DNA of 64,000 bases. It comes from Eledone cirrhosa. Its lineage: Eukaryota. Within the stretch, counting starts at the first letter, position 1. Each line of letters starts with the position of its first letter. The stretch spans positions 142,166,001-142,230,000 of the forward strand of contig OZ024742.1 of the NCBI GenBank assembly GCA_964016885.1, in the 5' to 3' direction. Shown here piece by piece: positions 55,031 through 64,000 of the stretch. The position numbers and the translations under genes were made by a program. The notes under the pieces are model-generated. The model did not search any database. It saw only the letters and a list, made by a program, of their open reading frames with translations, and had not been told where the DNA came from.

Positions 55031-57017
55031 TTTTCAATTTGCCCCCTTAAGACAGGAAATGCTTCCATATACTCTTAAAATACGATTTGGAGGAAAACCC
55101 TTACAGGATGAGTCACATGACTCAGAACAGAGGATATAAAGTATGTACTTCGCTTTTAACACCAAGGACAAGGCGAGGAGGCAGATAAATCTGATGCACC
55201 CACAGTCTACAGACTTGTGCCACACTACATAAATCTCAGTGGTACAAGGATCGTGCCCAGAGATATTGACTGTCGGCTTGTTGTTCACAACGGTAACAAC
55301 CTATGTGAACAATAAGGGTAGCTGGTGAGCGACGAGGTGACTGACAATATCATGTGGTCGGATGGGATACGCAAGAAACACTAAGTCTTAATGTGCCCCA
55401 TTGACTACAATACTCTCCTTGATCTGATTGAAGAAAGGGAGGGTAATCAAACCGGTGGTGCAGAGCAATAGGTCCAGTTGCTATAGATGTGGTGGCAAAA
55501 TCAATTGAGTACTTTTCTATTACAGAAAAGATCGCAAGAAAAAAAGAAGGCATCTGACACCAAGAGAAACATCAACAAAAATTGCTGGCCTCAGAAGTAA
55601 AGACCATGGCTAGCTTTTATTATTGTTTCTGGTCCGCTGGGAGGATAACCTCATCACCAATACCACCAGCTCCGAGGACTGATGACATGTTAGCTTCTGC
55701 GATCTCTATCACTTCCACTTTCTCTATATCTTATGATATAACAAAATCAACATCGTTCTAAATTTCGCTCAAGAACATCCCCACTTGGACACGTGGCTGG
55801 TACTTTCTACCTTTCTACTCGCCAACCATTAACTTCACTATGTTCTGGTATGTTACCTTGCTCACGGCCGTTTCATCCAAGATCTCTGAGGAACACAGAA
55901 AATGTAATTTCTCCGCGCAAACGTTTTTTGCCTCTCTCAAGAACGTTCGTTTCTTTTCTAGAGAACTGTTCTAATATGCTTGCGGGCCTTGCTGTGATCT
56001 CTTTGATGTGTTCTCCTCTCCGCCTTTTAATCAGCCTCGTTTTGCTTGTCCCCCGTGTATGTGTGAGGATCGGAGTTTGTTTTGTGTATTATTGTTGATA
56101 AAGGCAACGATAAGAAAGTAACTCTGAATATAATTCAGAAAATAATGTTTCTTTTTTATTATTTATTTAGTGGAAGAAAATAAATAATTCCCTCACCTTT
56201 GAGGTGAAGTCCCGTTATAACTTATGAATTATTAGTTATTCAGTCAACGACAGATCAATGGTCTCGTGCGATTCAAATCTCATCTGTCGAAACTTATTAA
56301 CTCTAATATTTCCATAATGGGTATTTTGATAAGTTATATTCACAGATTGATATATTTAGTATATTAATAACTCTGCGTTAACTCTTTAAAAGCCTTATTT
56401 CTACAGCCGGATGTATATAGGTATTTGTGTATATTATTGTGAGTGTAGATTTAAGTATATGCATATATATACTTAAATATACATATATACACGCACATAC
56501 ATATATATGTAAATATATATATACACACACATATACATATATATACTTATATATAATTATATATATATACACTTACGCACACACACATATATATATACAT
56601 ATATACACATATAAATACACATACATATACATATATATACATAAACATACATATATATATAAATATATACATATATATATATATGTATATATAATGTGGG
56701 TAATATTAAATATTATCCAATTACAAGTATATATATATATACATATATATATATACATATACATATACACATATACACACACACACACATAATTACATGT
56801 GTGTGTGTATGTGTGTATGTATCTATACATATACATATATACACACACACACATACATACACATATATATATATACTTGTAATTGGATGTGGGTAATATT
56901 AAATATTATCCAATGACAATATGTGTGTATATATATATACATACATACATACACACACACATACATACACATACATATATACACGCACACACACATATAT
57001 ATATATGTGCGTGTGTG

Positions 57018-57157
<140 letters not shown>

Positions 57158-57365
57158 TGAGTGTGTCTGTATACTAACATATGTATACTTATAAACTTTT
57201 AGACCAAAACATTCAAATATGTAATTACAGCCATCCATATTTTCACCAATATACATCACACACAAATTCACGTATTTCTGTGCTATGTATTCCCATATAT
57301 TCTTGGTCTAATACGTTTATATTTAAACAAAGGAAGACGAACGAAAACAGATGCGCACGCACACG

Positions 57366-57455
<90 letters not shown>

Positions 57456-57534
57456 AACTGGTGTAAACCACTTATGCTTAAAACATATGATACATAAAAT
57501 ACATATGTATCTTATATGTGTTTATATATATATA

Positions 57535-57598
57535 TAACAAAGGAATCGTGGTAAGGAACCAAATGGACCATAACGCACCAGAGTACTCAATACTTAGG
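57535..57598 (-). mobile_element. Family A pLTR terminal fragment
   Basis: taacaaaggaatcgtggtaaggaaccaaatggaccataacgcaccagagtactcaatacttagg, next to (TA)n. Confidence 0.75.
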
Positions 57599-57611
57599 TC
57601 ATATATCCAAT

Positions 57612-57648
<37 letters not shown>

Positions 57649-58762
57649 GAATAAAGTTAGTCCTTCATCAGTGATCTTCCAACCATCATTGGTATTTCAT
57701 CGCTTTAAAGACCATATACCTCCGGTTGGTGCGAGCAACGGCTAAAAAAAGTCGTTGGGACACGTAAATAAAGGGGACACGAGTGTAAACAAACAAAAAT
57801 GGTGAAGCAACGAAAAGTGAGGAAGAAGGAATCAAGTCCCAAATTTCTATGAATTTAAATTCGGTGAAATCGTGAACGAGAGAGAATAAAGACCATCAAA
57901 CCTGGTTGGAATATGAGCAAGGAAGGAATTCCGTACAGGTCTAACGGGAGGAAGAAGGGATCTAGTCTGTGAATTCGGTGAACGTAAGTTCTGTGAAATC
58001 GTAGACGAGAGAGAGAAAAAAAGCGACCTGCCAGACCAAGGGTGCGAAAGAAAAGAATTACGCACAGGTCAAACGGGAAGAAGGAGGAGGAGGAGAGGTA
58101 GTAACAGAGAATGAGTGAGTGAAGGGTGAGGAAGAGGCTAACAGAGAGAGTGACTGCTAGAGAGGGTAAAGATACAGAGAAAGAGGAAGCAGTAAGAACG
58201 AAATGGACGGGTAACAGCGGGGAAAAAAATATGTGTAAGTATGAGAATAAACGTGCTGCGGGGTTGCTAATGGGTTACATATGAATAAAGTTAGTCCTTC
58301 ATCAGTGATTTGGATATATGAGAGGTTGAACACCGATACAAGTATACATGTGTTCGAATTGCAAATGACCAAGTTAGCTAGGTTGAAAAATAGTAATTTA
58401 AAACAATATGGTTTGCCTTACTCGATTTAACGTAATAAATCAATAAAAATAACAAACCTATATCGGGCAAATAGCCTATGATACCCGGACAGACGTAAAT
58501 CTGTTTCGCAAGAATTATTAAGTGAAAGCCAGAATTCCTGTGCTCTTCTTCGGGTATCAAGGAAAATTCGCACCTTTCACTTCAAAGGATCTAAGAAGAC
58601 TGAACGATGCGGTGATATAAACGCACATGTTACAGCGCCTAACGCGTCCCATACTCATGTATACTTATATCTGTGTTCATCCCTCTCATATATCCAATTA
58701 TATTACACGGCTCGGCAAGAGTCCCTTCTTTAGGCTATTTAATTGTTTCTAACTCTATCTAT

Positions 58763-59542
<780 letters not shown>

Positions 59543-59797
59543 TATATATATATATATATATATAGTGAGAGAGAGAGGGGGGAGACAGAGAGAGCAGGGA
59601 GAGAGAGAGAGTTATAATTAAGCATTATGCAAACACATACAAATGCATACATAGATATATACCCACTCAAACGTACAAAGAGACTTATTTACTTTCATTT
59701 GGGTGCAATCCTATATATACATGGCTTCCTGACGAAGAAACACTACGAATTAATTCTAGTTAGACACACAGACACATACACACACACACACACACAC

Positions 59798-59846
<49 letters not shown>

Positions 59847-61327
59847 AACGTGCATACATTCACCTACTGTCCTATCAAGTTTATCAACCAACACTTTCCG
59901 ATATGTGAAACTTAACTGGAAATTATGCAAACATTTTACCAGTACATACACTATTTACTATCATATACACTCTGCACTATCACATACATAAACTATACAT
60001 CATATCATACATACGCTATATAACATCACATATATACACTATATACATTCAATATACACCATCACATGCGTACGCGATATACCATCACATGCACACATGT
60101 ACACAAAACATCTTATAGATAGTTCCATAAATTTACAATTCATATGCCAACGAAGAAACCTCTACGCGATCGCTCGACTTTGTCAGAGATAGCAGTCATA
60201 TTCCCTCAAATTCTAATCTATCATTTAAAAAAAAAGAAAAGGGCTTATTGAACAATGTGATCCTAGATATATAGAAAATAGGAATAGCCTGGGTTTTCAC
60301 GTGACCGATGTTGTCCACATAGACTTATACAACTTGGATCTGAACTCAGAACACAAAAAGCTGAAAGAGATGGCGTCTGACGCATTGAAAAATTCTGCCA
60401 ACCCATTCAACCATACTTTATCGACCCTGAAAGGATAAACAGCTAAATTGACTTCAGCATTATTTGAATTCAGAGCGCGGAGAGTCCGAACAAATACCAC
60501 GAAACATTACAATCCGATATTCAAAGGACGTTGCTAAGACACCACCTAACGACACAACAACCTCACGAAGCCCACAAGCACACATAAACTTAGTTTAATT
60601 CTTTGTAATTAGCGTGTATTGATTGAATATATTGAAGTCGAATAAAAGCATTTAGATCAATAATAACATTAATTGTACATGTCATATCCGCCAACGGTCC
60701 CTGTACATTGTTCTATTTTCCGGCCATTCTTTTTCCTTCTCAGAAATTTTCCCGCTTTGCCTTTGAATGGTTGATATAGACTTTTACCTAACACGGGACG
60801 TAGTTGACATCCATAAATTTTTAAGTAAATCAATGATTGTCTGTAAATGAATTGTGGCAACAAGATTGCATTATATACATTGAGAGGGGTAATGGGTGTG
60901 CAATGAAGTCCCGTGTATATATTAATGTAAGTGTAGAGTATGCAATGTCTCTGAAGAAATGAGTGTTCGTGTATGTGCTCACACATACACTGGACTACGT
61001 TCTGAGACATCTATATCGATAATACATGCATATATATACACACATGTATACAAGCACACATGCACACACACATGCACACACACACACCCACACACACATA
61101 CACACATACACACATAAACGTGCATATATTCACCTACTGTCCTATCAATATATACACACATGTATACAAGCACACATGCACACACACATGCACACACACA
61201 CACACACACACACGCACCTACATACATATATACGCATATATATACATATATATACATATATATATACATACATATACATATGTATATACATATACATACA
61301 TATACATATATATATACATGTATATAC

Positions 61328-61407
<80 letters not shown>

Positions 61408-61502
61408 GTATATACACGCATATATATATATATATAAATGTATACATATGTATACATAAATACATATACATATATATAAATATATACACATATATATTTA
61501 CA

Positions 61503-62080
61503 TTCTTCTTCTCTTCTTCTAGCTCTTGCTCAATGAGAGTGGGGTCATCCTTAGCCAGTAATCCCAGAGGTATCAACATGCGTAGAGCCGACCGGGTCCA
61601 CCAGTGCCCACTATCACTGGCAGTCCTGTGCCAGTCCCTCTGCATCTGGTGCATTCCTGCAGCGGAGCCTTCTCCAGTCTGTAGCTCCTGCATCGAACGA
61701 GAGTAAGGCCCTGGGAGAATGATCCGGGTGGAGGATATTTTCGTATCAACCCATGCGGCAGATAGCTATGAGATGGGAGGCTGCGGGTTGATGCATGCGC
61801 ACATACAATTCTTTGTTGGAAACGTAATGCTACCATCTGATGTTCTCGATAATCGTCAGGGCTCTGCTATTGAAGCCGTCGATCCTCTTTCTGGGGAGCC
61901 ATGTTTCTGCTCCATAGAGGAGAATGTGAAGGGGACCGACGCGTTTTAGATACAGAGCTTCGTCTTAAGGGAGATATAGCAGTGGCGCCAGAGGGGCTTC
62001 CATAGAGTGTACATGACCCCGCCAGACAGACGACATCTGCAGTTGATCTCTGGGGGCCAGGTCTCCATTTCTGGTGACTC
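61503..62080 (-). mobile_element. RTE-clade LINE 3' fragment
   Basis: The minus strand reads LWKPLWRHCYISLKTKLCI*NASV, then after a frameshift ILLYGAETW. Ends in a GAA-rich tail. Confidence 0.75.
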
Positions 62081-62278
62081 CCGAGCCCAGGTAAATGAAG
62101 GAGCTGACAAACACAGAGATACAAAAAGCGCAAAATTTTATTGGTTTTCACGCTTCGGAAGAGGTAAATGAGAGTTTCAACGTATCGGATATATGTCTAA
62201 TACGTCGAAAACTGAGCAGGCAGTTCCGTTGATTGAATCAACTGGAGCATTCGTCGGCAGAAACTACGGTGGTCCAAT

Positions 62279-62323
<45 letters not shown>

Positions 62324-62328
<5 letters not shown>

Positions 62329-62533
62329 AACCAGTAAGACCCCGACAGCTGAGCTCAAGCCGTTTCGACGGCTAATTCTGGACTGAGTCTGGATTGAGTC
62401 CAGAATTAGCCGTCGAAACGGCTTGAGCTCAGCTGTCGGGGTCTTACTGGTTCCTATTACCCACTCTACTACCCCAAGTATTGAGTACTTTGGTGCGTTA
62501 TGGTCCACCTGGTTCCTTACCACATTTCCTTCG

Positions 62534-62538
<5 letters not shown>
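62324..62538. mobile_element. Fold-back family A remnant
   Basis: Arms 62324-62383/62398-62457, between (TA)n tracts. Confidence 0.85.
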
Positions 62539-62590
<52 letters not shown>

Positions 62591-62594
<4 letters not shown>

Positions 62595-63035
62595 ATATTA
62601 ATAAATGGAAACTATATTTATGAAACCATAATTATTTTATTATATATATTTCAAGGGCAACCAAGGCAAATTATGGTGCGCTTTCATCAGATAAAATACA
62701 GATTTGTTTTATAAATAAATATTGGCATACCCGGAAAAAAGACAACCTTAACGGTTGAAACTATCCAGGAAGCTCCAACCGCTAAGGTTGTCTTTTTTCC
62801 GAGTATGTCAATATTTATTTATAAAACAAATCTGTATTTTATCTGATGAAAGCGCACCATAATTTGCCTTGGTTGCCCTTGAAATATATATAATAAAATA
62901 ATTATCGTTTTATAAATATAGTTTCCATTTATTAATATATTGTGTATTTACTCCACTAATCTGTTGAGTGGTTTATATCAATTATAAAAATGTTTAAGCA
63001 TGTTTGTTGAATCCCAACAAATTAAATATAACCTC

Positions 63036-63040
<5 letters not shown>
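62591..63040. mobile_element. Family C fold-back with inverted hammerheads (62835-62900 on +)
   Basis: Arms ~62591-62757/62776-62942. TATTTTAT CTGATGA AAGCGCACCA..TGGTTGCCCTT GAAA TATATA TA|ATAAAATA. Confidence 0.85.
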
Positions 63041-63077
<37 letters not shown>

Positions 63078-63251
63078 CGATGTGATCATATTGGTACGTA
63101 ATACTAATTCAATAGGATACGACATTGTTTTCAACATTCTGAGATGGATAAAATAATTACCAGTTACTATAGTGAAGTCAAACCAAGTGGCTAAATTTTC
63201 TCTCTTTTACAAAATTGCGTTCTATTCATTCATTCAATACATAGATATATT

Positions 63252-63319
<68 letters not shown>

Positions 63320-63324
<5 letters not shown>

Positions 63325-63815
63325 TTGCGAGGTTTTTGATATGAAATCGTGTGTCGAAACAAATATTGATATACTTGGGAGGGTCATATTTGTGTAATAA
63401 TATTGCTAGAATTAATAACAGAACACGCTCACTGTTTGGTTGGTTTTCGCTTCTGTGTCCTTTATATCGGTTAATTAAATTTATTCGGTCCTCAATGTTA
63501 CCATTGACTGACCAACGGTCAAAAATACAGATACATATAGACACAAACACATATATATAGTCTAACAAAGTTCTTTCGTTGAACATCTGCAACATCGTCA
63601 GTGGTGCTATTATGTTTCCTCCCGTTGCATCGTATGCCTACGCCATCTTTAGTCTCTCTATTGGTCAGTCAATGGTAACATTGAGGACCGAATAAATTAA
63701 ATTAACCGATATAAAGGGCACAGAAGCGAAAACCAACCAAACAGTGAGTGTGTTCTGTTATTAATTCTGGCAATATTTTTACACAAATATGACCCTCCCT
63801 AAGTATAACAATATA
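63320..63815. mobile_element. Family B-related fold-back element
   Basis: Arms ~63363-63515/63661-63813, flanked by (TA)n. Confidence 0.8.
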
Positions 63816-63860
63816 TATATATATACATATATATATAATCTATTTATATGTATATAAATA

Positions 63861-63996
<136 letters not shown>

Positions 63997-64000
63997 CTAT

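Noticed and set aside
55430-55560. CYRCG zinc-knuckle-like peptide on the + strand
   Set aside because: Incomplete CCHC motif and no sustained frame. At best an unclassifiable retroelement relic.

Overview
AT-rich animal genomic DNA full of (TA)n/(CA)n microsatellites. The SINE and retroelement make-up suggests an octopus or related cephalopod (inference). Two coding exons of a Cys-loop, GABA-A-type receptor subunit (GRD/CG8916-like) lie on the + strand at 42550-42690 and 53368-53520. Nearly everything else is retroelement-derived. There are nine ORF-bearing Penelope-like element (PLE) bodies: seven Naiad-like, one Neptune-like and one Penelope/Poseidon-type. There are also about ten tRNA-derived SINEs and short RTE, R4/Dong, R2/Hero-like and L1/Tx1 LINE remnants. 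The main unannotated signal is a dense set of more than 20 type I hammerhead ribozyme (HHR) motifs, from about 12 sequence families, found by eye. Nearly all have a palindromic loop 3. Three families carry the compensatory U3-A8 core pair, and several have 55-100 nt stem II insertions. Many sit in ORF-less, near-perfect fold-back elements inserted in (TA)n tracts, and one pair forms a 484-nt retrozyme-like tandem. Almost all small ORFs in the supplied track are microsatellite translations. Element boundaries are approximate, and no ribozyme activity was tested.
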